From the NCBI RefSeq assembly GCF_009914755.1, contig NC_060931.1: a DNA stretch of 64,000 nt; one strand, written 5' to 3'. The notes beneath the pieces are model-generated. The model was given only the letters and a program-made list of their open reading frames with translations. It did no database searches and was not told where the DNA came from. Both the position numbers and the translations under genes were made by a program. This stretch comes from the human T2T-CHM13v2.0 reference genome, Homo sapiens. Numbering within the stretch: position 1 is the stretch's first letter; each line of letters begins with the position of its first letter. Below are positions 29,365 to 41,899 of the stretch, piece by piece.

Positions 29365-30360
29365 TTTTTGCAAGCTTCAGCTAATTTGGAATTGTAGCTC
29401 TCCTGACATTATTCTTATAAGCTCATTCCACTCTCTTATAGACCATCATTACATGCCCTCTTTCCATCTTTTAAAATATGTCCTTTAAAAATCTGACCTG
29501 GGAGAAATCTCTGTGAAGCCGTGTTGGTTACTTAAGTGCCACCCCTCTTTTCTTCCTGAGAGGATCATTTGTGATTGCAGTTACAGTTGAACATTTGGAA
29601 GCTGCTCAACCCTCTTAAACCATTTTTCCTTCTGAATCTCATGCCATTGAATCATGCCTCTTTTCTTTGAATTTTTTGAAGTCCACCTTCCCCTCTTTGA
29701 TTACCCTGAACTCCGAAATGACATAGTGACTCTCTCTGAATGTTCCTATCAATTTTCATTTTACCAACTATTTTTTTCTTCTTGGTCAGAATTAGGTCCA
29801 GAGTTGAAGTTCCCCTAATTGCTTCCTCTACCATCTGGGAGATAAAATTGTTACCAAAGTAAGTCAAGAACCTGTTGGGTGCCCTACTTCTAACCAAATG
29901 AGACTTCTAGTGGATATCTGGATGGTTGACACCCCCATCACCACACTTTCTTGCTTCTGTATGTGTATTGTGTTGTGACAAGGATGCATCATCTATATCT
30001 TCCATCGAGCTGAGCAGTCTGTTCTGTACTCCCCAACCATTAGCACTTCTATTGCTCTCTCCTTTTTCCTTCACTCACAAGCTCTTAGCATGTTTCTATC
30101 CCAAACTCATGCGTTTCCACATAGATGTATGTTTCTTGGCCAGTAGTGCTACTCTGCCTCTCCTCCTAAGAATACCATTTGAAATATAAATAAGCAAAGC
30201 AAGCAAGCTAGCCCCAACCATTCTTGGGTTCCCAGCCCAACAACTACAATCTTATAGCTAATTCCTCTGATACTGTATCTACCACTCAGTATTACAATCT
30301 CAATTTTCACTTCATTACCCTTGCCTCATATTTATATGTTGGCATCTGAAGCCTTAAGCA
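29365..30360 (-). mobile_element. Ancient CR1/L3 LINE, ORF2 N-terminal (APE endonuclease and linker) relic
   Basis: Minus-strand degenerate peptides in CR1 order: RRRGRVALL, EDIDDA, VVMG-x-NHPDI, NRFLTYFGNNFISQMVEEAIRGTSTLDLILT, ESHYVISEF, KVDFKKF, YFKRWKEG, VRRAT..LKLAK. Confidence 0.8.
29790..29858 (+). CDS. ST7: ST7 alternative cassette exon 7 (69 nt, symmetric phase 2 to 2): (E)IRSRVEVPLIASSTIWEIKLLP(K)
   Basis: Acceptor tatttttttcttcttggtcag| and donor CAA|gtaagt. The 23-codon insert matches the long ST7 isoform as I recall it; skipping keeps the frame (EINE-CATAY). Confidence 0.9.
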
Positions 30361-31339
30361 TTTCTTCTGATGCCTGTCCCAGTTATTTTCTCCAGTGAAT
30401 CACTTGTATAGTTTCAGCATCATTATGGTTCTTTCCAAGTCATGGATGCTGCCATCTGTAGAAATTGGTTTTATAGCTGTTTTTCTGGGCATTTTTCTCC
30501 CTACCTCACCACATTGTTTAAAGCCCCATTGATGGTTCCTGCCTGAAATTAGAGAGACTGGCTAAAGACCTTACAGACCCTTCCTAAGGCTAAGATTAAC
30601 TAGTAGCCCCAGCCCTTACATTAGCTGTGAAGTTCAGCCTCCTTTTCCTAGCTGGCTATTGCAGTTTGTGGACAGTAAAAGTAACATTTGGTTTTACTTT
30701 CTGTTTATTTTCTCTCTTGTGGTCTGATGGAAATAAGTAGGGAAATGGCCACAAGTGAGGCAGTGGGGAAGGAGAGTGAAAGGATGGGTGCAGGACCTGC
30801 GTGGTCTGTTACAGCCTCACCACTTCCCTATTACATTCCCTTTCTTTGGCAGTGGGTTGTTCCTCATATGCTTTGGAAGGTTTAAATTCACAAGAACTCC
30901 CCATGTTCATTAATTATCCTTTTGGCTTCCCACCTAAGAGGGTTGTTGAAAAGATTATATGAGATGATATATGTTAAGTGCCTGGTACAGTGCTTAATAT
31001 ATACTAAGCAACAAGTGGTAGCTATTGTTGTTGAAGGCATGAGATTTAACTTGTTAGCTACTGTGGCTGAGTCAGATTTTGAGTTCTTCAGAAATAACAC
31101 TACTTGTAGGTTCTTCCAGTGTTCTCTGAAGCAGAAAGTCAGTGCTAACTGTAAAGAGATGTTGAAGCACTGTGTTTTTTTTCAGTGAGTAACTTGATTT
31201 AACGAATTTCTTATTCTGAAGAAATCCTTAGATTGAAGATAATCTGTGTTTAGTTAACAGAAGTAAACCTGTATATAGCACCTCTAACTTTGAGTGTTGG
31301 AAGGAACTATTTAATAACAGCTGTTATCATCACCATCAC

Positions 31340-31550
31340 TAGCTGACATTTATTGAGCACTTAACCACATGCTGGCTACTGTACTGAGCACTTTACATGC
31401 ATCACCTTACTTAACCTTCACAACAACACTGTGAACAAAGATTCCATGTTGTTCTCCATCAGGGAGGCAGAGTAAGAACTTGCCCAAAGTGACACACTAA
31501 TATAAAGGGTGAAGTCCACATGTGAGCCCCATGCTCTTAACACTACGCAT
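31340..31550 (-). mobile_element. MIR
   Basis: gctgacatttattgagcactta...aagaacttgcccaaagtgacaca. Confidence 0.65.
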
Positions 31551-31621
31551 CCTACCTCTCAAGCTAAAATACAGATGTTTCTTTTGTACCATTATTTTGT
31601 GTCAGCAACTACAAACAGGAG

Positions 31622-31679
31622 TGCATGAACCAGTTGGCCACTCTGCATGTTTTGGCGTAACTCCTTGCCTTTCTGCATG
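31622..31679 (+). promoter_or_regulatory. Cluster of three RBFOX motifs (TGCATG) upstream of exon 8
   Basis: TGCATG at 31622, 31644 and 31674, within 58 nt. Confidence 0.6.
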
Positions 31680-31746
31680 AGCTCCTACAGTCTATTACCA
31701 TGTCCTTGGCTTTGTAATTGATGGTGGCTATTATCTGAATGAACAG

Positions 31747-31901
31747 GTGTGCAACTGCTTATATTCTCTTGGCTGAAGAGGAAGCAACAACCATTGCTGA
31801 AGCAGAAAAATTATTTAAGCAGGCCCTGAAGGCTGGAGATGGCTGTTACCGACGCTCTCAGCAGCTACAACATCATGGATCCCAGTATGAAGCCCAACAT
31901 A
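31747..31901 (+). CDS. ST7: ST7 coding exon 8 (155 nt): CATAYILLAEEEATTIAEAEKLFKQALKAGDGCYRRSQQLQHHGSQYEAQH(R)
   Basis: Weak acceptor atctgaatgaacag| and donor ATA|gtaagg. Contained in ORF 31739..31990. Confidence 0.95.
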
Positions 31902-32673
31902 GTAAGGTTTCCTGCAGGTTGATGCATTGGGGGATCAGAATTGTAAAAATTATTAATCAGAGCAAATTTTTAGTCCAGTTCAAAATATGATTCTCCTAGA
32001 CAAGAGAAAATATTGGCTTTTGCTTTGTTTTTATTAATTTTCTTCTTTCCTATAAGTGCAGTTAGTAAATAATTAACTTACAGCTTCATTGCTGTTTATA
32101 TTCACATTCTCTTTCCTGCCCATAGATTCCTAACCGCAGAAATAAATGGCAGTAACCTTTAATAGTAACCTTTTTTCCTCCTGAGTTCTTACATATTTCT
32201 GTTCATCAGTTGCTTCTGCTCACAACTTTAAAACCCAGATGGGAAACAGGATTTAAATTAGCCATAGTGTTAGCAAAGGTTTTATCTTATAGATCTTCTA
32301 CAACATGGATTGAAATAGGACAATTAAGAATATAAGTTATTGGTGATTGTATCAGCATTTATCTCTTACATAAGAAACATTGGTATTGGCTTCCAGAGAG
32401 AAAGAGCCATGAGCTCCTAGTTATTTATCTTTTTTATATTAAAATAATGCCTTTTTAAACTCCCCAAAAAACGCCTTTTTAAATTTAAGATAACTCTTTA
32501 AAATCTGAGACCTTTCACTTCAGTATACTAAACTGAAAGCCAATGACATTTCGTGGGGGAACAGTATAGAAACAAAACAACGAAATCATTTCTGGAATTC
32601 CCTGAGCCCCTCGACTCATCAGTTTGTTTGTTGTTGAAGCAGAAATTTAGCAGTCCTTGTGGTAAGAGAGTTA

Positions 32674-32729
32674 AGTATTTCCATGGTCCAACCAAAATTT
32701 GAGAGTATTTCCATGGTCCAACCAAAATT
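32674..32729. repeat. Tandem duplication, period 30 (agtatttccatggtccaaccaaaatt x2)
   Basis: Identical 26-mers at 32674 and 32704. Confidence 0.9.
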
Positions 32730-34100
32730 CACAAAGTTATTTTGTTTCTCACTTAGTTTCTCCCTCCTGAAACTTAGAGAGTAGGGATGTATCTCCTTCA
32801 TATTTGAGATTATAAAATTAAATGTTAACGTTAAACTTGGGTTTGGTGTAGAAACTGACTGCATTAGTCCCCATAACTAAGGTGCCAGCAAAATCTTTGC
32901 ATTATAGCCTGCATATACATGAGTATGTCCTCACATGTACCACATCAATTCCTAAGTTTTTATTTTTATTCTGCAGCATATATATGCTAATAAAGTCTCT
33001 AATCACCATCTATGTCTCACTTTTTAATAAAAAAGTATTTTAGTGTAATGCAGTGCATTTTGAAGACATGTAGTAAATGTGTATTTTGTGAACTAAATGG
33101 AAATCAATACATAAAATTACATAACCTATAATACAACATTAATTTTCTTTCTTTTCTTCTCTAAATTAAATCTTTTCAACCTGTTGCCTAAATCCATCCA
33201 AAAATATAATCACATTTTTAAAATAATTTGTAGGTACTTGGCAGATTTTCAGCACACATCTTGTTCTCATTGTTTAAGTCTTGAAATGTTAGGACTTTGG
33301 TCTTAACATCTTTTAATAGCTGCATATTATACATGTACTTAATCTATAACAGGTGTGTCATATTTTCTCAAACATGGTAATTTTTATCGAGGATTAAGCA
33401 CATGCATGTTCTCATTGGTCTGAAAACATATCCAACAAGACATATAATTAAATAAAAGATTAAGATTAGAAATTGTTAACGTACTTTTTAAGAGTCATTT
33501 TAGTGATTGTTGTTACAACTATTTAGCTTGTCAATTCTTTCTCTAACACTAGGGTAGTTTTTCATTTTGTTGCATACTCTATTGTCATATCTGGAATGTG
33601 TTATATTGCCATCTAAAATCAACTGCTTAGGGGACCTGGAGATGATTATGATGTCACTAGTGTTAGGGAAAGAATAATATAAAGCAGAAGTTTAAGATGA
33701 GGCTTCTCCAGACTTAATGTCAAGAATGAAAAAAAAATAGTTCATCAGGATGTAACCTGAGATTCACCTCTGCATCTTTACCAAAAGAATGCACGCTTGA
33801 AGAATGTGGAATTCCTGCTTGTAAACCGTATACACTGTGGGTATGTTCATTTTCGCAGCACTTTGTGGCAGATGATTTTATTTATTATCAAATATTCAAC
33901 ATCCTCACTCAAAAGCATGGATTAGGTAATTAGTCAGATGATTTGACCTTTGGGAGTCTAAGTGCTTTTACTTTACTTGATCTTCATTCTACTATTAACA
34001 AAGTTGTCAGTGCTATGAAAATTTCCTTTAGGGGCAAGGCAAATGGGCCTCTGTATTTTTTTTTTTTTTAAATGTTGGTGTTTTATATCTCCCTCTTCAG

Positions 34101-34198
34101 GACGAGACACCAATGTCTTGGTGTACATCAAAAGAAGGCTAGCAATGTGTGCCAGAAGACTCGGGAGGACCAGGGAAGCAGTGAAAATGATGAGAGAT
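34101..34198 (+). CDS. ST7: ST7 coding exon 9 (98 nt, ends phase 0): (R)[32 protein letters not shown]
   Basis: Acceptor atctccctcttcag| and donor GAT|gtgagt. Contained in ORF 34043..34279. The next exon was not found in the window, so intron 9 is >29 kb. Confidence 0.96.
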
Positions 34199-34279
34199 GT
34201 GAGTTTGAGTTTGTGTTTGGGATCAGTGGCTTACAGATATAGGAGCCCGCTGAATGGCCATAGCAGTCTGTACCAGTGA

Positions 34280-34520
34280 TGGTGTGGTGGTCCCATGGGT
34301 TCTGGAGCCAGACTGTGTGGGGTTCAACTCTAGTTCCCAATTTACTAGATGAATGATGTATGTTGGGCAAGTTACTCAGCTTCTCTTTGCCCTAGTTTCT
34401 TCATCTCTAAAATGGGAACAACAATAACAGTCCTCACAATTACTTCTTAGAATTTTTTCGAGGACTAAATGAGATAATACATACAAGCTTCTAATAGAGT
34501 GGCTGGCATATTTTAAAAAT
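34280..34520 (+). mobile_element. MIR
   Basis: ctggagccagactg...ttgggcaagttactcagcttctct...tcatctctaaaatggg. Confidence 0.7.
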
Positions 34521-35939
34521 GTCAATAGATGTCCTTATTAAACCTTTGGGGCTGCAGCTGGAAGCCAATAATGAGACCAGCCATGTTAGCAAACTGATTT
34601 TTTTTCTGTGTAGTTGTTAGGAAGATTCGAATTAATTATGGGTCAAATTACTACTCTCAAATTTAATAATATTATGAGTTAATCCTATTGTAGTTGTTTC
34701 AAGCATTTTCCTAGATTCTTGAACCAGGATTCTTTATTAGTAGTCAAGACAAAAGAAGAGAGCAAATAGGTGGAAGTTTTAAAACAAAAGAGAACCAAGG
34801 GAGGTTATTATTATGTAACTTTAAAACAAAACAGAGGTTTTAAGGGAAACCAGTTGGGGAACTTGGATTTCCGTGTTTTTTGTTAATAGGAAATACTTTT
34901 CATAAAGAAACTGACACCAGTATGAATTGTATTTATAGGCTATTTTCTTTTTAAAAACAATCTCAGAAAACCTTTGTCAACATTTCATTCTTTTGCTGAA
35001 TTAGAAGGCATACATAACTGCCTATTATAAAAATGAAAGAACCAAGCGGCAAGATAAAAGTGGCATCTTGCTCAATTCTCAGCTCATGGATTTGAGCACA
35101 CTAGGACTGCACACTTGGTGAGCCTTTTCTGAGTTTGTCTCTGGAAAGACAGTTATTCTTGTGAATTCCCGGTTACTCTTTGGAGGAGGGAGCACCAACA
35201 CTCAACGCTCACCCCTGGTTATTTCTGCAAGTTACAGCATGATGTGAGAAGGCCCAAGTGAGACTCATGCTTTGGTTTTGGCCACTCCATTAGGCAACAG
35301 TGTAGCCCCCAAATCTGAGGAGAGGAACTAGAAGGGAAGGTTATAAAGTATTTCTCTTTGACTGCAGGTGATAGATGCTCTCTAGGAAAGAGAATCTCCC
35401 TCAATTAAATTATTTTGTTTGAAGGAAGAATTCAAAGAATGTTATATGGTATAAGTGCTAATTTTAAGAAAAGGAGATTTCTGCCGAGATATGAACTTGC
35501 TCTCAAAGCTTTTTAACTTACAGAAATTCCATCCTTTGATATACTTCATCCCTCTGCCAGTCACTTTGGCTCTGAAGGAGCTGGGTGTTTTATGAAGGAT
35601 GAGGTATTTCTCTATCTTAACCTGGCCCAGCCACATTCAGCTTTTAAACAGAGTTTTCTTAACTTTAATTAGCTTGGAACAGGCATGCATTGAGGAGCTA
35701 ATTTTGGTGATTTTCTTGAGTGCTTAAGCAACTTAATAGGAGGAACAAATTCTGATGATTTTAATTTCAGGTTTTTTCTGTCAGTCTCTTGGTTATCATA
35801 ATTTTCAGTACATATAAAATTTCATGTGATTAAAATCAATGCATCTACATTATGATTTGCTTTTTGTTTACTATTATTTTATACTTACAATTCCATTGAT
35901 TGACCTAGTTCACATGTAGATCTTGGGGGAGAGATGGAT

Positions 35940-36160
35940 GCAGTGGGAGAAACACTAAGCAGGAGTCAAAACACCTGGATGTGGATCTCAGCTTTGCTCT
36001 TTACCAGCTTCATGACCCAAGGCAACTTATTAATACCTTTTATGTGCTTTTCATTTAGTCTTCTGTAAATTGGGGATAATGATTCTTACCTGAAACGATA
36101 ATTGACTGGGAGAATTAAATAAGATAATGTGAAAACACCTGACATATAGTAGGCATGCTT
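35940..36160 (+). mobile_element. MIR
   Basis: ggagtcaaaacacctgg...tctgtaaattggggataatgattcttacc. Confidence 0.6.
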
Positions 36161-37315
36161 ACAATTTTTTTTCCGATTTTTCTCCGTTATATAAATATGC
36201 CATCATTTGCTTGACCATTCTCCTGATGGACATTTTACGATATTTCTAATTTATTTTTCTTGAATGAATTGATCACTCAGTTAATTTCTCTCTTCCTCTC
36301 TCGACATATGTGTATACATACACATACATATTTATGCATGTTTGTATATATATGCGTGTTTCTTATATTACGTTTCTAAAAAAAAAGTCTGTCATATTCT
36401 TAGAATACCAATACATGTGCTCCTTTTTCTGGGTTTATGGAGCATCCAGTAGACATGGGCCTTCTGGTATAACAGTCCTGTAAGGAACACTCTCAGACAT
36501 GGTAGAGATATGTTTTGAAGAGAAATATTCAAAGTGCTCCTTCCTTCAGGGACTGCTTTTATCAATCCTTGCACCACAAACAGAGGAGGGAAGGTTGAGG
36601 ACCCTTCTCTTTGCTAAAGCTGTGGCTGTTCCCAGCCTTGCAGGAGACAGTTGTTGGCCAGGCCTAATTTGTTTGGCTCCTCTCCGGTCATGGGTCAAGA
36701 TAACTGCGACTTCCCTGAGAGATTCACTCCTTTAACAGCATGCACATAAACCATTTTGCTGGAAGACTTTCTCTGATAAAATAGCTCAGTAGATTCCAGA
36801 CAGCCTGCTGATAGAGGCTTAGGCAGGATGATCTAATTTCTTATTAAGACACAGCCATCTTCTCCCCATATGCATGAGTTTAAAACTTTCCTAGAGCAGA
36901 TTTCATAGTAGAAATAGAAATGTCAGTTAGAATGCCTTCCATGTAGAAAGCAGAATCGTTTAAAGAAATTTCTCTGGAAACACCTTAAGGAAGGGGAAAC
37001 TGTTAATTGAAAAGAGATTCTAAAAAAAAATGAAAGGGAATTCTGGGAAGGCCAGCAGTAGATAATTTCTTATATTTTCATGGCAATACACCTGTGAAAT
37101 ATTGATGAGGTAAACACGTCGACTCCTTAACATCAAGATTCATCACTTCTCATTTTTTAAAGCAACACGTTAATTATTTTGAATTCCCAGGATGTTTTTC
37201 AAAAAAACTCATTTTAATTAGCTTCCTTTTGCAATCACGAATATGGAAGCGGCACCTTACTGCTGAAGGAATATTTTGGCAGTAAGCAGAGCTAAGAGAG
37301 CATGCTGGCTTTTTC

Positions 37316-37618
37316 TTTCTTTCTTTTTCTTTTCTTTTTTTCTTTTTCTTTTTTAAGACAGAGTCTCACTCTGATGCCCAGGCTGGAGTGCAGTGGCACG
37401 ACTTGGCTCACTACAGCCTTGACTTCCCAAGCTCAAGTTGTTTCCCCACCTCAGCCTCCCAAAGAGCTGGGACTGCAGGCGCACACCATCATGCCTGGCT
37501 AATTTTTGTATTTTTTGTAGAGACTGGGTTTTGCTATGTTGCCCAGGCTCATCTTGACCTCGTGGTCTCCAGTAATCCACCCACTTCGGCCTCCCAAAAT
37601 TCTGAGATTACTGGCCTT
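37316..37618 (-). mobile_element. AluJ, TSD GCATGCTGGCTTTT
   Basis: Alu consensus with the TSD on both sides (37300 / 37619). Confidence 0.9.
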
Positions 37619-38002
37619 GCATGCTGGCTTTTGAACATCACTGTAATGTAAGGTGTTATTTATTATTCAAAATAAAAAGTTGCATTTTCTGCTTTATTAA
37701 ATTTAAGGAAAGGTCTTTCTGCTTGCTCTCATGTTTGGTAATTTTGCCTCTTCAACATTTAATATACGATACAATTTCTTTTTTCCTTTTGACATCTACT
37801 GTTTAGCTAACCTCAAGTTTTCCCTCTGTCTTTCCCTGGCCCTATTTGAGTAGATTTGGAATGAATGTCATAGGGCTGATGACCATGGTCTAGTCCCTTA
37901 GCCATACACTGTCAGAACTGTCATGGATAAACTAATAAGGATGGGATAGATTGCCTGTATGAAAGAACTCAAAAGCTGCTGTGCTTCAGTCATTCGGTCT
38001 AG

Positions 38003-38222
38003 AGCAGGATTTCTCAGCCTCAGCACTGTTGACATCTTGGGTCAGATTGGGGAGCTGCCTTGTGCATTGTAGGATGTTTAGCAGCATCCTAAGCTTCCAC
38101 CTACTAGATGCCAATTGCAGCTTAACCCCTGTACCTCCCCAGTTGTGAAAAAAAAAAGATGTCTCCAGAAGTTGCTAAATGTCCCCTGGGGGGCAAAATC
38201 ATCCCGCATTAAGAACCACTGA
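38003..38222. mobile_element. MER20 (hAT-Charlie)
   Basis: ttctcagcctcagcactgttgacat...aaatgtcccctggggggcaaaatca...aagaaccactg. Confidence 0.8.
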
Positions 38223-38263
38223 TCTAGAGAATCTTGAGGTGAGTAGATCTGTTTCAGGGCTGA

Positions 38264-38575
<312 letters not shown>

Positions 38576-39584
38576 CAGACATCGGGTTTTATCCACTCTG
38601 TGTGTTAGGAGTCTGGGCTTCCCTTAGTGTGGGTGTAAGCCTCTGAAGCACCCCCAGATTTGACCAGCCTGGTTTTGGGGGCTGTTTTGCCCAAATGAGA
38701 TTCCCTGAAGATCCATCCCAGGGCAGGAAGAGTAAATGAACCTGGTGGGGTCCTGGTGGGAGGGCTGACAAAGAGGAGAATGTGATGTGGGTTGGTGGTC
38801 TCCCTTGCCCCTCATGCATGCTTCGAGATCATTGTTTGCTTCATTTCCCTAAAATCTACAGTTCCTTTGAAAGTAGACTCTGGCGTTATCACCTTTCCCC
38901 GGTCTTTTTGCAGTTTCCTGTTGACCTCTGAGCCATTCTCCCTCACTCTTGTTTCACTCTGTTTGCAACACTACCTCTTCCTGTATCCTGGCCTCTCATT
39001 TCTCACAGATCATCATGCTGTTCTTGAAACATTTTATTTACTTGATTTTAGAAAACTATACTCTTAGTTTCCCTAAAATCTCATAATCTCTTTGCGGGAT
39101 TTTCCTCATCTTTGTGACTTCCAAAATTTGAAGTGTCCCCTGGCCAGTCCTGGGTGGCTACATTCAATCTCAGAGTTTTAAATATCATCTCAATGACAAA
39201 CGTTTCTGTAGTGTTTACTGTGTCCTAGGCATTGTTCTAGGTGCTTTACAAATATAACCTCATTTAATTTTCCTAACAACCCTTGACATTGGTGCTTGTT
39301 AAAGGTCATGTAACAAGGTAGTATTTCTGAGAGTGTGGTCTACAACCACCTGTATCAGAAGTGCCCAGGGTGCTAGTTTAGTACTCACCTCACAGGGTAG
39401 ATGTCAGGATTAAACGGGATAATTCAAGCAAAGTACTTGGGACCAGACTTCATGAGTAATAACGACTCATTGTTGCTGTTCTTACTGTTATTGTCCAAGA
39501 GATATTGTTAAGTGAAGAGGAAAAGTATAAACATAGGTATAATTTGATTCCATTTTTTCAATTAAAAATATATGCTAATATAGA

Positions 39585-40380
<796 letters not shown>

Positions 40381-40582
40381 TGTATAAGCATAAGGAAAAA
40401 CCTTGATTATAGAGAAAGTCTTTAGCATTAAAATTATAGCTGTCTATTTTTTGTATTTAGGTAATGTTGAGTATTATATGTGCTACTTGTATTTTCTTAT
40501 GATGATAAAAGTAAAATTTAAAAATAAAGATTGAGACCACTTTCAAAAGAACAAAGTAGTGGATGCAAAAAAGGTAGAAAAT

Positions 40583-40879
40583 GGCCAGGTATGGTGGCTC
40601 ACGCCTGTAATCCCAGCACTTTGGGAGGCCGAGGCGGGGCAGATTGCTTGAGCCCAGGAGTTTGAGACCAGCGTGGGCAACGTGGTAAAACCCCATCTCT
40701 ACTAAAAATACATAAATTAGCCAGGTGTGGTAGCACACGCCTGTGGTCCGTGGTCCCAGCTGCTTGAGAGGCTGAAGCAGGAAGATCTCTTGGGCCTGAA
40801 GTTAAGGCTGCAGTGAGCCATGATTGTGCTACTGCATTCCAGCCTGGGCAACAGAATGAGACCCCATCTCAAAAAAAAA
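40583..40879 (+). mobile_element. AluJ, TSD about GTAGAAAAT
   Basis: Full Alu consensus with J-type ttgagcccaggagtttgag. Confidence 0.92.
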
Positions 40880-40984
40880 GTAGAAAATGGGGTAGACACA
40901 GGGAAATATGGATGTGGTGAAGAAAAACTTCATCCACCTAGAATTTTAGCGTAAAACCAGACCTGTGACTAGTTTATTCCCAGG

Positions 40985-41425
40985 CATATTAGTTTCCTGG
41001 AACTGTGATAACAAAATGCCCCAAACTAGATAGTTTAAACAACAGAAATTTATTCTCTCACAATTCTGGAGGCTAGGAGTCCAAGAACAAGGCAGGTGGC
41101 AGAGCCGTCCTCCCTCTAAAAGCTCTAGGGAGCAATCCTTAATTGCCTCTTCCAGCTTCTGGTGTTTGCTAGCAATCTCTGACATTCCCTTGTAGCTGCA
41201 TTACCCCAGTCTCTGCCTGTCTTCACATGGCTTTCTCCCTGTGTGTGTGTGTTTCTGTGTATAGATTTCCCTCCTGTCATAAGGATATAAGTCATATTGT
41301 ATTTATGACCTCATCTTAAGTTGATTGTTTCTGCAGAAACACTATTTCTGATAGGGTCACATTCATAGGTACTGAGGGTTAGGATCTCAACATGTCTTTC
41401 TGGGGGACATAATTTAACCCACAAT
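40985..41425 (-). mobile_element. MLT1 (MaLR) solo LTR
   Basis: attagtttcct...aaacaacagaaatttattctctcacaattctggaggctagg...gggggacataatttaacccacaata. Confidence 0.85.
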
Positions 41426-41899
41426 AGCAGGTCATATATAAAAGCAAAATACAGATACCCTGTATAAATTTACATTCTTCTAAAACTTCACTGCTATATC
41501 AGGTCAGCTAAAAACATGTTTTGTATGCCTTTGACCATGTTAAACCCACTCTCAGCCTAGCCTGTAAAGATGATAGCTGCTAACTAACCCTCTGTGTTCT
41601 TACATTTGGCTCCTTTAAAAAAATAGTCAGAGGGAGCTCCTTGTGTCCTTTCTGCATTTTCATCATCATCTACAGGATTCCCAGCTGAGAACTACAGGGT
41701 TTTTAGTTTTTATCAATAACCTACAGAGTGAGTATTACATGTGCCATACATTCTGCTAAGAAATTTACAAATACTGTGTCATTTAACTCACACATACCAT
41801 GAGTGTCCTATAAAATTACAAAAGTAATTTATGCTCATTGTGACAAGTCAAAGAATTGAGGAAGTTGTGATATCACCTACACTTCTACAGTGCCATCGC

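Noticed and set aside
29652-29897. Minus-strand 81-aa ORF as a new gene
   Set aside because: It is the decayed CR1 endonuclease frame, with a stop and frameshift on either side. It is reported as a mobile element.
33740-33846. Possible cryptic exon ending TGG|gtatgt in intron 8
   Set aside because: No convincing pyrimidine tract or acceptor upstream.
31739-34279. ORFs 31739..31990 and 34043..34279 as standalone genes
   Set aside because: They are exons 8 and 9 read through into intron.
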